Source: Escherichia coli
GTDB taxonomy: Bacteria > Pseudomonadota > Gammaproteobacteria > Enterobacterales > Enterobacteriaceae
Direction: 5' to 3' (one strand)
NCBI RefSeq assembly: GCF_046105845.1
Contig: NZ_CP151004.1
DNA length: 64,000 nt
The position numbers were made by a program, and so were the translations under genes. Shown in pieces: positions 42,192-58,256 of the stretch. Each line of letters opens with the position of its first letter. Positions within the stretch are counted from its first letter, which is position 1. The notes beneath the pieces are model-generated. The model was not told the DNA's origin and made no database searches. It saw only the letters and a program-made list of their open reading frames with translations.

Positions 42192-43383
42192 GCAACTCTG
42201 GCGCTGGCATGGCATAACCGGCGACGGCAATGCGCAAGATGGGATGCTATGGGCTGAGAGCCGTGCTTTGCTGCTCATAGCACTACAGCAACAGATGGTT
42301 ACCCCACTCAGCCTGAAGCGAATCGCCATCAATTCTGCGCAGTGGCGAGGAGATAAAAGCACGGAAGTCATTCATCAACTGGCGACGCTACTCAAAGCCG
42401 GGTTAACGCTTTCTGAAGGGCTGGCACTGCTGGCGGAACAGCATCCCAGTAAGCAATGGCAAGCGTTGCTGCAATCGCTGGCGCACGATCTCGAACAGGG
42501 CATTGCTTTTTCCAATGCCTTATTACCCTGGTCAGAGGTATTTCCGCCGCTCTATCAGGCAATGATCCGCACGGGGGAATTGACTGGTAAGTTAGATGAA
42601 TGTTGCTTTGAACTTGCTCGACAGCAAAAAGCCCAGCGTCAGTTAGCCGATAAAGTGAAATCAGCGTTGCGTTATCCCATCATCATTTTAGCGATGGCAA
42701 TCATGGTGGTTGTGGCAATGCTGCATTTTGTGCTGCCGGAGTTTGCCGCTATCTATAAGACCTTTAACACTCCGCTACCGGCGCTAACGCAGGGGATCAT
42801 GACGCTGGCAAGCTTTAGTGGCGAATGGGGTTGGTTGCTGGTGCTATTCGGCTTTCTGCTGGCGATAGCCAATAAGCTGCTGATGCGCCACCCAACCAGG
42901 CTTATCGCACGGCAGAAATTGCTGTTACGCATCCCGATTATGGGTTCACTGATGCGGGGACAAAAACTCACACAGATCTTTACGATTCTGGCGCTGACAC
43001 AAAGTGCAGGCATTACTTTTTTACAGGGCGTAGAGAGCGTCAGAGAAACAATGCGCTGCCCGTACTGGGTGCAACTTCTGACACAAATCCAGCACGATAT
43101 CAGTAACGGTCAACCCATCTGGCTGGCGCTAAAAAATGCCGGTGAGTTTAGCCCACTCTGTTTGCAATTAGTGAGAACAGGAGAGGCATCCGGCTCGCTG
43201 GATCTCATGTTAGACAACCTCGCCCATCATCATCGGGATAACACACTGGCGCTGGCGGATAACCTCGCAGCCTTACTGGAACCGGCGTTGCTGATCATAA
43301 CGGGAGGAATTATCGGTACGCTGGTGGTGGCAATGTATCTGCCAATTTTCCATTTAGGCGATGCGATGAGTGGAATGGGATAA
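42181..43383 (+). CDS. hofC: Type IV pilus / T2SS GspF-family inner membrane platform protein
   Basis: 400-aa ORF overlapping hofB by 11 nt; GspF-like. Confidence 0.94.
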   Translation: MASKQLWRWHGITGDGNAQDGMLWAESRALLLIALQQQMVTPLSLKRIAINSAQWRGDKSTEVIHQLATLLKAGLTLSEGLALLAEQHPSKQWQALLQSLAHDLEQGIAFSNALLPWSEVFPPLYQAMIRTGELTGKLDECCFELARQQKAQRQLADKVKSALRYPIIILAMAIMVVVAMLHFVLPEFAAIYKTFNTPLPALTQGIMTLASFSGEWGWLLVLFGFLLAIANKLLMRHPTRLIARQKLLLRIPIMGSLMRGQKLTQIFTILALTQSAGITFLQGVESVRETMRCPYWVQLLTQIQHDISNGQPIWLALKNAGEFSPLCLQLVRTGEASGSLDLMLDNLAHHHRDNTLALADNLAALLEPALLIITGGIIGTLVVAMYLPIFHLGDAMSGMG

Positions 43384-43410
43384 CGCTGGCGTGTTGCTCC
43401 GCGCCAGCGT
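43383..43410. terminator. Hairpin between convergent hofC and guaC (ACGCTGGCG-loop-CGCCAGCGT)
   Basis: Perfect 9-bp stem in the 34-bp convergent spacer; no T-tract on either strand. Confidence 0.4.
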
Positions 43411-43417
43411 TGGGAGA

Positions 43418-44461
43418 TTACAGGTTGTTGAAGATGCGGTTTTCTTGTTCCAGCACACGAATAAACGTGGTGCGCTTGGTCAGCTCTTTCAGGCGTGAAG
43501 CCCCAACGTATGTACAAGCTGAACGCAGGCCGCCCAAAATATCACGTGCGGTATTTTCAACCGGGCCTCGCAGCGGCAGCTTAACGGTTTTACCTTCTGC
43601 TGCGCGATATTCCGCAACGCCGCCAACGTGACGTTTCATCGCAGACTCGGAGCTCATGCCGTAGAACAGCATAAATTTCTCGCCGTTCTCCTCAACGATG
43701 CGACCGCCGCTCTCTTCGTGGCCCGCCAGCATGCCGCCAAGCATGACGAAATCGGCACCGCCGCCAAAGGCTTTCGCGACATCGCCCGGCGTGGTGCAGC
43801 CACCGTCGCTGACGATCATTCCGCCCAGACCATGCGCAGCATCGGCACATTCGATCACCGCAGAAAGTTGCGGATAACCGACGCCTGTTTTGACGCGAGT
43901 TGTACAAACAGAACCTGGGCCAATGCCAACTTTAACGATATCAGCACCGGAGAGGATAAGCTCCTCACACATTTCACCAGTCACTACGTTGCCAGCACAA
44001 ATGGTTTTGGTCGGCCACGCTTCACGCGCTTTCGCAACGAACTGCACGAAGTGTTCGGAATAACCATTCGCCACGTCAATACAAACGAAATTTAATGCCG
44101 GGTTTAGGTCGAGAATCTGTTTAGTTTTTTCGAAATCCGCATCAGACGTGCCGGTAGAAACCATCACATGTTTCAGCACATCAGCGGAAGAATTGTTGAT
44201 AAACGCTTGCCACTCTTCAACAGAATAGTGTTTATGCACAGCAGTCAAAATATCAAAAGAAGCCAGCGCAGAGGCCATAGAAAATGTGCCTACGGTGTCC
44301 ATATTTGCGGCGATAATCGGCACGCCGGACCAGCTCTGACCTGAATGTTTGAAGGTGAATTGACGTTCCAGTTCAACATCGGAACGGCTTTTAAGAGTGG
44401 AGCGTTTAGGGCGGATGAGAACGTCTTTAAAACCTAACTTCAGATCTTCTTCAATACGCAT
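43418..44461 (-). CDS. guaC: GMP reductase
   Basis: 347-aa ORF recognised as GuaC ([29 protein letters not shown]...). Confidence 0.96.
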   Translation of the reverse strand: MRIEEDLKLGFKDVLIRPKRSTLKSRSDVELERQFTFKHSGQSWSGVPIIAANMDTVGTFSMASALASFDILTAVHKHYSVEEWQAFINNSSADVLKHVMVSTGTSDADFEKTKQILDLNPALNFVCIDVANGYSEHFVQFVAKAREAWPTKTICAGNVVTGEMCEELILSGADIVKVGIGPGSVCTTRVKTGVGYPQLSAVIECADAAHGLGGMIVSDGGCTTPGDVAKAFGGGADFVMLGGMLAGHEESGGRIVEENGEKFMLFYGMSSESAMKRHVGGVAEYRAAEGKTVKLPLRGPVENTARDILGGLRSACTYVGASRLKELTKRTTFIRVLEQENRIFNNL

Positions 44462-44685
44462 GTGCGGATTCCTGGGGTTAATGGCTATAAGGGTAAGAGC
44501 GCAACTCCAGTGACGTTATCATACGCACTAATCAATGCGGCGCAAGACTGCGAAATTGTCTTTTTTTACGCTACAATCCCATAAATTTACCTGGTAAATA
44601 GTGAGCGAACGTTTCATCAATTTCGCTTTCGTGCGCTCATTTTTAACGTTTTGATAATCATGATGAATTCCCGGGAATATAAATT

Positions 44686-45306
44686 ATGAGGTATATAGTT
44701 GCCTTAACGGGAGGCATTGGCAGTGGCAAGAGTACCGTTGCCAATGCGTTTGCTGATCTCGGAATTAACGTCATTGATGCCGATATTATTGCGCGTCAGG
44801 TGGTTGAACCAGGTGCACCTGCGCTACATGCCATTGCTGATCACTTTGGCGCTAACATGATTGCTGCTGATGGAACATTGCAGCGCCGGGCCTTGCGCGA
44901 GCGGATCTTCGCCAACCCGGAAGAGAAAAACTGGCTTAACGCCCTGCTGCATCCGCTGATTCAGCAAGAGACGCAACACCAGATCCAGCAAGCAACTTCC
45001 CCCTATGTACTGTGGGTTGTGCCATTGCTGGTAGAAAACTCACTGTATAAAAAAGCGAATCGAGTGCTGGTGGTGGATGTCAGCCCAGAAACGCAACTTA
45101 AGCGCACCATGCAGCGCGATGATGTAACTCGCGAGCATGTCGAACAAATCCTTGCTGCTCAGGCACCGCGCGAAGCTCGCCTTGCCGTGGCAGATGACGT
45201 CATTGATAATAACGGCGCACCGGATGCAATCGCATCGGATGTTGCCCGCCTGCACGCACACTATTTGCAGCTTGCGTCGCAGTTTGTCTCACAGGAAAAA
45301 CCGTAA
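44686..45306 (+). CDS. coaE: Dephospho-CoA kinase
   Basis: 206-aa ORF with P-loop GGIGSGKST. Confidence 0.95.
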   Translation: MRYIVALTGGIGSGKSTVANAFADLGINVIDADIIARQVVEPGAPALHAIADHFGANMIAADGTLQRRALRERIFANPEEKNWLNALLHPLIQQETQHQIQQATSPYVLWVVPLLVENSLYKKANRVLVVDVSPETQLKRTMQRDDVTREHVEQILAAQAPREARLAVADDVIDNNGAPDAIASDVARLHAHYLQLASQFVSQEKP

Positions 45307-46049
45307 TGCAGACCCAGGTCCTTTTTGAACATCCACTAAATGAAAAAATGCGTACATGGCTGCGCATTGAGTTTTTGATTCAGCAACTTACCGTTAATTT
45401 ACCCATCGTTGACCACGCTAGCGCGCTGCATTTCTTCCGTAATGTCAGTGAATTACTGGATGTTTTCGAGCGTGGCGAAGTCCGCACTGAGCTGTTGAAA
45501 GAACTTGACCGGCAGCAACGTAAACTCCAGACCTGGATTGGCGTGCCTGGCGTGGACCAGAGCCGTATTGAAGCATTAATTCAGCAGTTAAAAGCGGCGG
45601 GGAGCGTATTAATTTCCGCGCCGCGTATCGGGCAATTTCTGCGTGAAGATCGTTTGATTGCTCTGGTGCGTCAGCGACTGAGCATCCCAGGCGGCTGTTG
45701 CAGCTTTGATTTACCTTCATTGCACATTTGGCTGCATCTACCCCAGGCGCAGCGCGACAGCCAGGTAGAAACCTGGATTGCCAGCCTGAACCCGCTCACC
45801 CAGGCACTTACCATGGTGCTGGATTTAATTCGCCAGTCGGCCCCCTTCCGTAAACAAACCAGCCTGAATGGTTTTTATCAGGATAACGGTGGCGATGCCG
45901 ACTTGCTGCGTCTGAATCTGTCGCTCGATTCACAGCTTTATCCGCAAATTTCCGGTCATAAGAGCCGTTTTGCCATTCGTTTTATGCCGCTGGACAGTGA
46001 AAACGGACAGGTACCGGAACGTCTGGATTTCGAACTGGCCTGTTGCTAA
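45306..46049 (+). CDS. zapD: Cell division protein ZapD
   Basis: 247-aa ORF; start overlaps the coaE stop (TAATG). Confidence 0.93.
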   Translation: MQTQVLFEHPLNEKMRTWLRIEFLIQQLTVNLPIVDHASALHFFRNVSELLDVFERGEVRTELLKELDRQQRKLQTWIGVPGVDQSRIEALIQQLKAAGSVLISAPRIGQFLREDRLIALVRQRLSIPGGCCSFDLPSLHIWLHLPQAQRDSQVETWIASLNPLTQALTMVLDLIRQSAPFRKQTSLNGFYQDNGGDADLLRLNLSLDSQLYPQISGHKSRFAIRFMPLDSENGQVPERLDFELACC

Positions 46050-46058
46050 GGAGTAAAA

Positions 46059-46256
46059 ATGTCAGAAACTATTACGGTGAATTGCCCAACCTGCGGGAAA
46101 ACGGTGGTGTGGGGTGAAATCAGCCCGTTTCGGCCATTTTGTTCCAAACGTTGCCAGCTGATCGACCTCGGAGAATGGGCTGCTGAAGAAAAACGAATCC
46201 CCAGCAGTGGCGATCTTTCCGAAAGCGATGACTGGAGCGAAGAGCCAAAGCAGTGA
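46059..46256 (+). CDS. yacG: DNA gyrase inhibitor YacG (zinc ribbon)
   Basis: 65-aa ORF with CPTCGK…CSKRC zinc-binding motif. Confidence 0.93.
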
Positions 46257-46265
46257 CATTTTGTC

Positions 46266-46472
46266 TGATGCGACGCTGGCCTGATAAGACGCGGGCAGCG
46301 TCGCATCGGGCATCTTGTGCAAATGTTGGATGCGATGTGAACGCCTTATCCGACCTACAAGACCTTACATATCAACGTGTTAAAATTGTAGATACTGATA
46401 AGACGCGCCAGCGTCGCATCGGGCATCTTGTGCAAATGTTGGATGCGGCATAAACACCTATCCGACGTACAC
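46266..46472. repeat. REP/BIME-type palindromic repeat cluster
   Basis: Contains REP-like units (GGATGCGATGTGAACGCCTTATCCGACCTACA; GGATGCGGCATAAACACCTATCCGACGTACA) and inverted partners, plus a ~53-bp direct repeat (46282..46335 and 46397..46449). Confidence 0.85.
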
Positions 46473-46856
46473 GCGCTTAAGCTTCGCAATTACCGGTTCA
46501 TTGGCTGGCGGAAACTCATCGGCATTAAGACCGACCAGCGACATCCACTTACCGGGTTGCCCTTCTTTACCCCACGGCTCCCCTTCCCAGCTTTCGACCA
46601 GCCAGAACCACAGTGTTATATGCCTGTCCGGGAATTCATATTCCAGTTTTTCAAATAGCGAAAAATGTTGCGGGGTAATCCCGACTTCCTCCTGAAGTTC
46701 ACGCACCACCGCCTGCTCCGGCGTTTCGCCCATTTCAATTTTACCGCCGGGAAACTCCAGTTTATTCGCCATGTGCGCATCTGCTGCGCGACGCGTTATA
46801 AAGATTTCATTGTTCTCGTTGCGAATAATACCTACCGCAATTTGCAGCTTTTTCAT
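46458..46856 (-). CDS. mutT: 8-oxo-dGTP diphosphatase (Nudix)
   Basis: 132-aa ORF with Nudix box (GGKIEMGETPEQAVVRELQEEVGI); last codons and stop lie inside the REP unit. Confidence 0.93.
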   Translation of the reverse strand: MKKLQIAVGIIRNENNEIFITRRAADAHMANKLEFPGGKIEMGETPEQAVVRELQEEVGITPQHFSLFEKLEYEFPDRHITLWFWLVESWEGEPWGKEGQPGKWMSLVGLNADEFPPANEPVIAKLKRVYVG

Positions 46857-46915
46857 TGTCTTAAACCTATAAAAAAGGCGCAGAATCCTGCGCCTTTTAC
46901 TTCAACTGTTAGCTT

Positions 46916-49621
46916 TTATTGCAGGCGACCATGGCACTGCTTGTATTTTTTACCAGAACCGCACGGGCAAGGATCGTTACGTCCTACTTTGCGTTCACCG
47001 GTTTGCGCCGCCAGTGCAGCTGCGGCTGCAGAGTCGTCATCCTGATGGCTAAGCTGCTGCATTTGCGCTAAACGCTCGGCTTCCATACGACGCTGTTGTT
47101 CCAGCTCCTCAACCTCTTCAGGCATACGTACCTGAACTTTGCTCAGCGTGCTGATAACTTCATATTTCAACGACTCCAGCATCGCTGCAAACATGGAGAA
47201 CGATTCACGTTTGTATTCCTGCTTCGGATCTTTCTGTGCATAGCCACGCAGGTGGATACCCTGACGCAGATAGTCCATCGCTGCCAGGTGCTCTTTCCAC
47301 AGAGAGTCGAGAGTTTGCAGCATGACGCCTTTCTCGAAGTGACGCATCATCTCTGCACCAACCACTTCTTCTTTACGCTGATACACTTCGATGGACTGCG
47401 CCAGAATGCGCTCACGCAGCGTCTCTTCATGCAGTTCTGGTTCTTTATCCAGCCACTCAGCAATTGGTAAATCGAGGTCGAAATCGTTCTTCAGACGTTC
47501 CTGCAGCCCCGGAATATCCCACATTTCTTCCAGCGACTGTGGTGGAATGTAGGCATCAATGGTCGCTTTGAACACATCTTCACGAATGCTGTTGATGGTT
47601 TCGCTCACATCGCTGACATCCAGCAGTTCGTTACGCTGGGAGTAAATGGCGCGACGCTGATCGTTAGCCACGTCATCATATTCCAGCAGTTGCTTACGAA
47701 TGTCGAAGTTACGACTTTCAACTTTACGCTGGGCGTTGGCAATCGCTTTAGTCACCCACGGGTGTTCAATGGCTTCGCCTGGCTTCATACCCAGTTTACG
47801 CATCATGCCGGATACTCGGTCGGAAGCAAAAATACGCATCAGCGCATCTTCCATCGACAGGTAGAAACGGGAAGAACCAGCATCCCCCTGACGACCAGAA
47901 CGACCGCGCAACTGGTTATCGATACGACGGGATTCGTGACGCTCGGTACCGATGATATGCAGGCCACCTGCTGCCAGTACCGCATCGTGACGTACCTGCC
48001 AGTCGGCTTTAATTTTTTCAATTTGCTCTGCGGTCGGATTTTCCAGCGCGGCAACTTCTGCCTGCCAGCTACCACCGAGCACAATATCTGTACCACGACC
48101 CGCCATGTTGGTCGCGATAGTCACCGCAGCCGGATAACCTGCCTGAGCAACAATCGCCGCTTCGTTGGCGTGGAATTTGGCGTTCAGGACATTGTGCTTA
48201 ATACCGGCTTTGGTCAGTTCGTTTGACACCAGCTCCGATTTTTCGATGGAGATAGTACCCACCAGCACCGGCTGGCCTTTCGCAGTACGTTCTTTGATAT
48301 CTTCAATGATCGCCTGAATTTTTTCCGCTTCAGTCATGTAGACCAGGTCCGGCAGATCTTTACGAATCATTGGACGGTTGGTCGGAACAACGACGGTATC
48401 CAGCTTGTAGATGGAGCTAAATTCGAAAGCTTCGGTATCAGCAGTACCGGTCATCCCCGCCAGTTTTTCATACAGACGGAAGTAGTTCTGGAAGGTGATC
48501 GACGCCAGCGTCTGGTTTTCGTTCTGGATCTGTACACCTTCTTTCGCTTCCACTGCCTGATGCAGGCCATCGGACCAACGACGTCCCTGCATGGTACGAC
48601 CGGTGTGTTCGTCAACGATGATAACTTCACCATCTTTAACGATGTAGTCGACGTCTCGGGTAAACAGCGCATGAGCGCGCAGCGCCGCCGTTACGTGGTG
48701 CATCAGCATGATGTTGGCCGGAGAGTACAGAGACTCCCCTTCATCCATGATGCCTTCTTTCACCAGCAGTTCTTCAATCAGCACCAGACCACGTTCGGTC
48801 AGGTTCACCTGGCGAGATTTTTCGTCCACCGAGAAGTGGCCTTCGCCCTGGAAGGTTTCGGAGTCTTCTTTTTCCTGACGGATCAGGTGCGGAATAATTT
48901 TATTCACGCGTTTATACATTTCCGAGCTGTCTTCTGCCGGGCCGGAAATGATCAGCGGTGTACGCGCTTCATCGATCAGGATGGAGTCCACTTCGTCCAC
49001 CAGCGCATAGTGCAGTTTACGCTGTACACGTTCTTCAGGGCTGAACGCCATGTTATCGCGCAGGTAGTCAAAGCCGTATTCGTTGTTCGTACCGTAAGTG
49101 ATGTCAGCTGCGTAAGCTTCACGCTTCGCCGGTGCTGGCATGCCCGGCAGGTTGATACCGACAGTCAGGCCAAGGAATTCAAACAGCGGACGGTTGTTTT
49201 CGGCGTCACGTTGCGCCAGGTAGTCGTTGACGGTAACAACGTGTACGCCCTTACCGGTTAATGCGTTCAGGTAAGCAGGCAGCGTTGCGGTCAGGGTTTT
49301 ACCTTCACCGGTACGCATTTCGGCGATGCAGCGTTCGTTAAGAACCATACCGCCGAGTAACTGAACGTCGAAGTGACGCATACCAAAGACGCGCTTACTT
49401 GCCTCACGCACCACGGCGAAAGCTTCCGGGATCAGATTTTCCAGCACTTCGCCTTTTTCCAGACGTGCACGAAACTCTGCGGTTTTCCCTTTCAGTTCTT
49501 CGTCGGAGAGTTTTTCCATCTCCGGTTCCATGGCATTGATGATGTTGACCACTTTGCGCATCCGGCGCAGGGTGCGATCGTTACGACTACCGAAAACTTT
49601 AGTTAATAATTTGATTAGCAT
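46916..49621 (-). CDS. secA: Preprotein translocase ATPase SecA
   Basis: 901-aa ORF recognised as SecA, including C-terminal zinc-binding [14 protein letters not shown]. Confidence 0.98.
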   Translation of the reverse strand: MLIKLLTKVFGSRNDRTLRRMRKVVNIINAMEPEMEKLSDEELKGKTAEFRARLEKGEVLENLIPEAFAVVREASKRVFGMRHFDVQLLGGMVLNERCIAEMRTGEGKTLTATLPAYLNALTGKGVHVVTVNDYLAQRDAENNRPLFEFLGLTVGINLPGMPAPAKREAYAADITYGTNNEYGFDYLRDNMAFSPEERVQRKLHYALVDEVDSILIDEARTPLIISGPAEDSSEMYKRVNKIIPHLIRQEKEDSETFQGEGHFSVDEKSRQVNLTERGLVLIEELLVKEGIMDEGESLYSPANIMLMHHVTAALRAHALFTRDVDYIVKDGEVIIVDEHTGRTMQGRRWSDGLHQAVEAKEGVQIQNENQTLASITFQNYFRLYEKLAGMTGTADTEAFEFSSIYKLDTVVVPTNRPMIRKDLPDLVYMTEAEKIQAIIEDIKERTAKGQPVLVGTISIEKSELVSNELTKAGIKHNVLNAKFHANEAAIVAQAGYPAAVTIATNMAGRGTDIVLGGSWQAEVAALENPTAEQIEKIKADWQVRHDAVLAAGGLHIIGTERHESRRIDNQLRGRSGRQGDAGSSRFYLSMEDALMRIFASDRVSGMMRKLGMKPGEAIEHPWVTKAIANAQRKVESRNFDIRKQLLEYDDVANDQRRAIYSQRNELLDVSDVSETINSIREDVFKATIDAYIPPQSLEEMWDIPGLQERLKNDFDLDLPIAEWLDKEPELHEETLRERILAQSIEVYQRKEEVVGAEMMRHFEKGVMLQTLDSLWKEHLAAMDYLRQGIHLRGYAQKDPKQEYKRESFSMFAAMLESLKYEVISTLSKVQVRMPEEVEELEQQRRMEAERLAQMQQLSHQDDDSAAAAALAAQTGERKVGRNDPCPCGSGKKYKQCHGRLQ

Positions 49622-49682
49622 AATAAAATCTCAAACGCCCCGCGTTGCGGAGTCAATAAAATGAAGTAAAGGTTTATTGTTG

Positions 49683-50399
<717 letters not shown>

Positions 50400-50425
50400 A
50401 ATTTTATACGACAGTATAAATGTCG

Positions 50426-51364
<939 letters not shown>

Positions 51365-51443
51365 CTATCCAACCGAAGTGTACTATACATTCGGCGGGCC
51401 AGTTTAGCACAAAGAGCCTCGAAACCCAAATTCCAGTCAATTC

Positions 51444-52595
51444 TTAATCAGCTTGCTTACGCAGGAATGCTGGGATATCCAGATAATCCGGCTCTTTCGC
51501 AGTTTGCGGCGCATTGTCATTCACGACTTTAGCAACCGGCTTCTGCTCCTGGGTCAGCGGAGCCATCCCGTGCTGCTGGTAGCGATCCATCACTGGCTGC
51601 TGAACCTGCTTATTGGTCACCAGAGTGATTTCAGGACGTTTGTCCATGCCGATACCTGTCGCAACAACAGTTACGCGCAGCTCGTCATTCATATCCGGGT
51701 CAAGAGAAGTACCAATAACCACAGTCGCGTTGTCGGAAGCAAATGCACGGATGGTGTTACCTACCGTTTCAAACTCATCCAGACGCAGGTCGAAGCCCGC
51801 CGTGATGTTAACCAGCACGCCGCGTGCGCCAGACAGGTCGATATCTTCCAGCAGCGGAGAAGAGATAGCCATTTCAGCAGCTTCTTCCGCACGGTCTTCA
51901 CCACTCGCCACGCCAGAACCCATCATTGCGTAGCCCATTTCAGACATTACGGTGCGTACGTCTGCAAAGTCCACGTTCATCAAACCCGGACGAGTAATCA
52001 GTTCGGCGATACCTTGCACAGCGCCTTTGAGTACGTCGTTCGCTGCGCCAAACGCATCCAGCAGGGAGATACCGCGGCCCAGAACTTTCAGCAGTTTGTC
52101 GTTCGGGATCGTGATCAGAGAGTCCACATGTTTGGACAGTTCAGTGATCCCCTGCTCCGCGAATGCCATACGCTTCTTGCCTTCAAAGTTGAAAGGCTTA
52201 GTGACGACAGCAACGGTCAGGATACCCAAATCTTTTGCCACTTCAGCGACGACTGGAGCTGCGCCTGTACCGGTACCACCACCCATACCCGCAGCAATAA
52301 AGACCATGTCTGCACCTTCCAGCGCCGCACGCAGTGCATCGCGATCCTCATCAGCCGCATTACGGCCAACTTCTGGATTAGCGCCAGCGCCCAGTCCTTT
52401 GGTGATACCGCTACCGATTTGAATCGTCTGTCCAACCGCTGTTTTACGCAGCGCTTGTGCATCGGTATTTACCGCGAAGAATTCAACACCTTCAATGCGC
52501 TCGCGCACCATGTGTTCAACAGCATTACCGCCGCCGCCGCCGACGCCGATGACTTTAATCACCGCGTCATTGGTAAGTTCCATTGGTTCAAACAT
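51444..52595 (-). CDS. ftsZ: Cell division GTPase FtsZ
   Basis: 383-aa ORF with tubulin signature GGGTGTG. Confidence 0.98.
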
Positions 52596-52655
52596 AGTTT
52601 CTCTCCGATTTGTGCCTGTCGCCTGAGGCCGTAATCATCGTCGGCCTCATAAAAA

Positions 52656-53918
52656 TTAAAACTCTTTTCGCAGCCAACTATTGAGTCGCTTGATCCACGA
52701 GCCAACTGATGCTGTAACACGTTTTTCTACTTCAGCTTCACCGTTAAGATGTGACTCTTTTCCATAGTGAAGCAATCCCACCGCCGTCGAATAATACGGC
52801 TCCTGAGCATAATCCGTTAAACCGGTAATGTTCAGCGGCGCGCCGATACGCACTTGCGTATGAAACACGCGCTGAGCACAGGCTGCAAGACCTTCGATCT
52901 GCGCTGCGCCACCAGTTAAAACAATGCCTGCCGCCAGGTGATGTTTAACCCCTTGTTGGCGAAGCTTTTCCTGCAACTGCAATATCTCTTCGTTGACCAG
53001 GTTGAGCAGCTCGGTATAGCGCGGCTCGATCACCTCTGCCAGGGTCTGACGTTGCAGACTCCGCGGCGGACGACCACCTACGCTCGGCACTTCCACGCTC
53101 TCATCTTTTCCAACGATGGAACCCAGCGCACAACCGTGGCGAACTTTAATCGCTTCGGCGTCGCTTGGCGGCGTGCCAAAGGCGTAAGCGATATCACTGG
53201 TCACGACATTGCCAGCATAAGGAATTACCTTAGTGTGGCGCAATGCCCCACCGGTATAAACGGCGATATCCATTGTACCACCACCGATATCGACGACGCA
53301 GACACCCAGTTCACGTTCATCTTCCGTCAATACCGAATAACTTGATGCCAGTCCGGCAAATATCAGTTGGTCAACTTTCAGCCCACAACGTTCAACCGCT
53401 TTGACGATGTTTTTCGCCATATCGTTGTGACATGTGATCAGGTGCACTTTTGCCTGCATCCTCACGCCCGAAAGTCCTACCGGATTCTTGATCCCTTCCT
53501 GATAGTCAATCGCATACTCTTGCGGGATCACATGCAGCACACGATGCTCATCGCGCACACGCACCGATTTCGCGGTATGGACGACGTTTTCCACATCTTC
53601 TTGCGTCACTTCTTCTTCAGAAATAGGCACCATACCAATTTCATTCTGGCAGCTGATGTGCTTACCAGAAAGCGCCAGATATACCGAAGAGATCTGACAA
53701 TCTGCCATCAATTCTGCCTGGTCAATGGCGCGTTGTACGCACTTGACCACGGATTCGAGGTCGTTCACCCCGCCTTTATCCATACCACGTGACGGGCAGC
53801 TGCCCACGCCAATGATATTGACCATACCGTCGGGCAGAACTTCCCCTACTAAAGCGGCAACCTTCGCGGTACCAATCTCCAGTCCTACTACCAGTTTTCT
53901 GTCCGTCGCCTTGATCAT
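52656..53918 (-). CDS. ftsA: Cell division protein FtsA
   Basis: 420-aa actin-like ORF; dcw cluster synteny. Confidence 0.97.
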   Translation of the reverse strand: MIKATDRKLVVGLEIGTAKVAALVGEVLPDGMVNIIGVGSCPSRGMDKGGVNDLESVVKCVQRAIDQAELMADCQISSVYLALSGKHISCQNEIGMVPISEEEVTQEDVENVVHTAKSVRVRDEHRVLHVIPQEYAIDYQEGIKNPVGLSGVRMQAKVHLITCHNDMAKNIVKAVERCGLKVDQLIFAGLASSYSVLTEDERELGVCVVDIGGGTMDIAVYTGGALRHTKVIPYAGNVVTSDIAYAFGTPPSDAEAIKVRHGCALGSIVGKDESVEVPSVGGRPPRSLQRQTLAEVIEPRYTELLNLVNEEILQLQEKLRQQGVKHHLAAGIVLTGGAAQIEGLAACAQRVFHTQVRIGAPLNITGLTDYAQEPYYSTAVGLLHYGKESHLNGEAEVEKRVTASVGSWIKRLNSWLRKEF

Positions 53919-54745
53919 TGTTGTTCTGCCTGTGCCTGATTTTGTTGCTGAGTAGATTCCTCTGGCGGCAAGGGCGCCCAGCCTACTGCCGCTCCAGAGT
54001 CATAACGCAAATCAACGTAGCTAATCCGTTTGCCATCGGTTTGCGCCTGCTGCTGTAAAACCGGATAAAGTTCTACAAAGCGAGCCAAACGTTTCATCGT
54101 ATCGCCCCGGCCAAGATTGAGCTTAATATCGTTATTCAGCGTCAACTGCCAGGAACGCCGCGCGGTCATCGCCGCTTCCTTCAGAGTAAATCTGTCCTTT
54201 GCCAGCATCTGCCCCATTTCGCGATAGCCCTGCAACACTTCATTGGCGCTGCCTTCCGGGCCATACAGCATTGGAAGCACCTGCTTGCTGGTGCGATCTG
54301 GCGGCACGCTGAAAGTGTTTCCTTCCGCGTCTACCATATGTTGATCATTCCACCGCGCAATCGGCACATATTCAACCAGATGAATCTTCAATTCATCAGG
54401 CCACTGCTTTCTGACGCTCACCTGCTTAATCCACGGCAGGCGTTGTTCTATTTGCGTCTGGATGATGTTGACATCCTGGGTCATAAAGGTCCCCGGCTCA
54501 CCCAATGCCAGGATCGACTGCCGGATATCGTCATTACGTGTGTAATGGCGTTCACCGGTCAACACCAGCTTTGAGAGCGGCAGGCGTTGCGCATCTTCCA
54601 TCCAGCCCAACACGACCCAGCCGCTCACCAACACTGTCGTTAAAACGGTCAGCAGGAAAAGGATCCCCGCCAGACGCGTTCCATTATTGCGGCGAGAAGA
54701 AACCTCTTCTTCGCTGTTTCGCGTGTTCAGAGCAGCCTGCGACAT
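53915..54745 (-). CDS. ftsQ: Cell division protein FtsQ
   Basis: 276-aa ORF with a single TM segment; 4-nt overlap with ftsA. Confidence 0.96.
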   Translation of the reverse strand: MSQAALNTRNSEEEVSSRRNNGTRLAGILFLLTVLTTVLVSGWVVLGWMEDAQRLPLSKLVLTGERHYTRNDDIRQSILALGEPGTFMTQDVNIIQTQIEQRLPWIKQVSVRKQWPDELKIHLVEYVPIARWNDQHMVDAEGNTFSVPPDRTSKQVLPMLYGPEGSANEVLQGYREMGQMLAKDRFTLKEAAMTARRSWQLTLNNDIKLNLGRGDTMKRLARFVELYPVLQQQAQTDGKRISYVDLRYDSGAAVGWAPLPPEESTQQQNQAQAEQQ

Positions 54746-54746
54746 A

Positions 54747-57135
<2,389 letters not shown>

Positions 57136-57188
57136 TCTTTACGCCATTAACTTCTTAAATTCATACGATGCAAAAGGCATCGCTACAA

Positions 57189-58256
57189 TTACGCCCGGGC
57201 AGCCCGGCTCACTTCATTTGCCACTCGCTCGGTGGCATCCGGAATGGATGCAGCGCGGGCGCGTTCTGCCATGGTTAATAAGGTTTCTCGCGACCACCCG
57301 GCCAGGGTGTTGGCGACAGCATCCACGCTAAGCTGTGGCTGCTCGATAATTTTGGCTGCGCCCGCTTTTTCCAGCGGTAGAGCATTCCAGTATTGCTGGC
57401 GGTCTTTATGTTGAAACGGCACAAACAACGCCGGTAGTCCTGCCGCAGCGATTTCACTCACCGTTAACGCACCGGAGCGGCAAACGACGACATCCGCCCA
57501 CGCATACGCCGCCGCCATATCATCAATAAATTCCGTCACTTTATGCTGCGGTTGCCCCGCTTCGGCATACGCCTGTTCAACGGATTGTTGCGAACCTTTA
57601 CCGCTCTGATGCCAGATAGTGACTGAATCACCCAGTTTCGCAGCAACCTGCGGCATTGTCTGGTTAAGAATGCGTGCGCCCTGGGAACCACCCACTACCA
57701 ACACACGAACCGGACCTTCACGTCCAGCCAAACGTTGCTGCGGCAACGGCAGCGCCAGCACATCGGTACGCACCGGGTTACCCACCACTTCCGCATTAGG
57801 GAAAGCGCCTGGAAACGCCTGCATCACTTTGGTGGCAATCTTCGCCAGCCATTTATTGGTTAAGCCCGCAATACCGTTTTGTTCATGAAGTACAACCGGA
57901 ATGCCTAACGACCACGCGGCCAGACCACCTGGACCTGATACGTAGCCGCCCATTCCGAGCACCACGTCAGGTTTGTACGCTTTCATAATCGCCCGCGCCT
58001 GACGCCAGGCGTTGAAGATTCGCAGTGGCGCAGCTATCAGTGCTTTTATACCTTTTCCACGCAGACCAGAGATACGAATGAAATCAATTTCGATGCCATG
58101 TTTTGGCACTAAGTCCGCTTCCATACGGTCGGCAGTCCCCAGCCAGCGAACTTGCCAACCCTGAGCCATTAGATGGTGCGCAACCGCTAGTCCCGGGAAT
58201 ACATGTCCACCGGTTCCGCCTGCCATCACCATTAATCGCTTTCCTTGACCACTCAT
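57189..58256 (-). CDS. murG: Undecaprenyl-PP-MurNAc-pentapeptide GlcNAc transferase
   Basis: 355-aa ORF recognised as MurG. Confidence 0.97.

Noticed and set aside
44661-44680. GAATTCCCGGG (EcoRI + SmaI) as a sign of cloning-vector contamination
   Set aside because: Flanking sequence on both sides is contiguous native chromosome (guaC promoter, coaE); two adjacent 6-bp sites can occur naturally.
51453-52634. 393-codon ORF antisense to ftsZ
   Set aside because: Same reasoning: a mirror frame of a highly conserved gene, with no RBS or synteny support.
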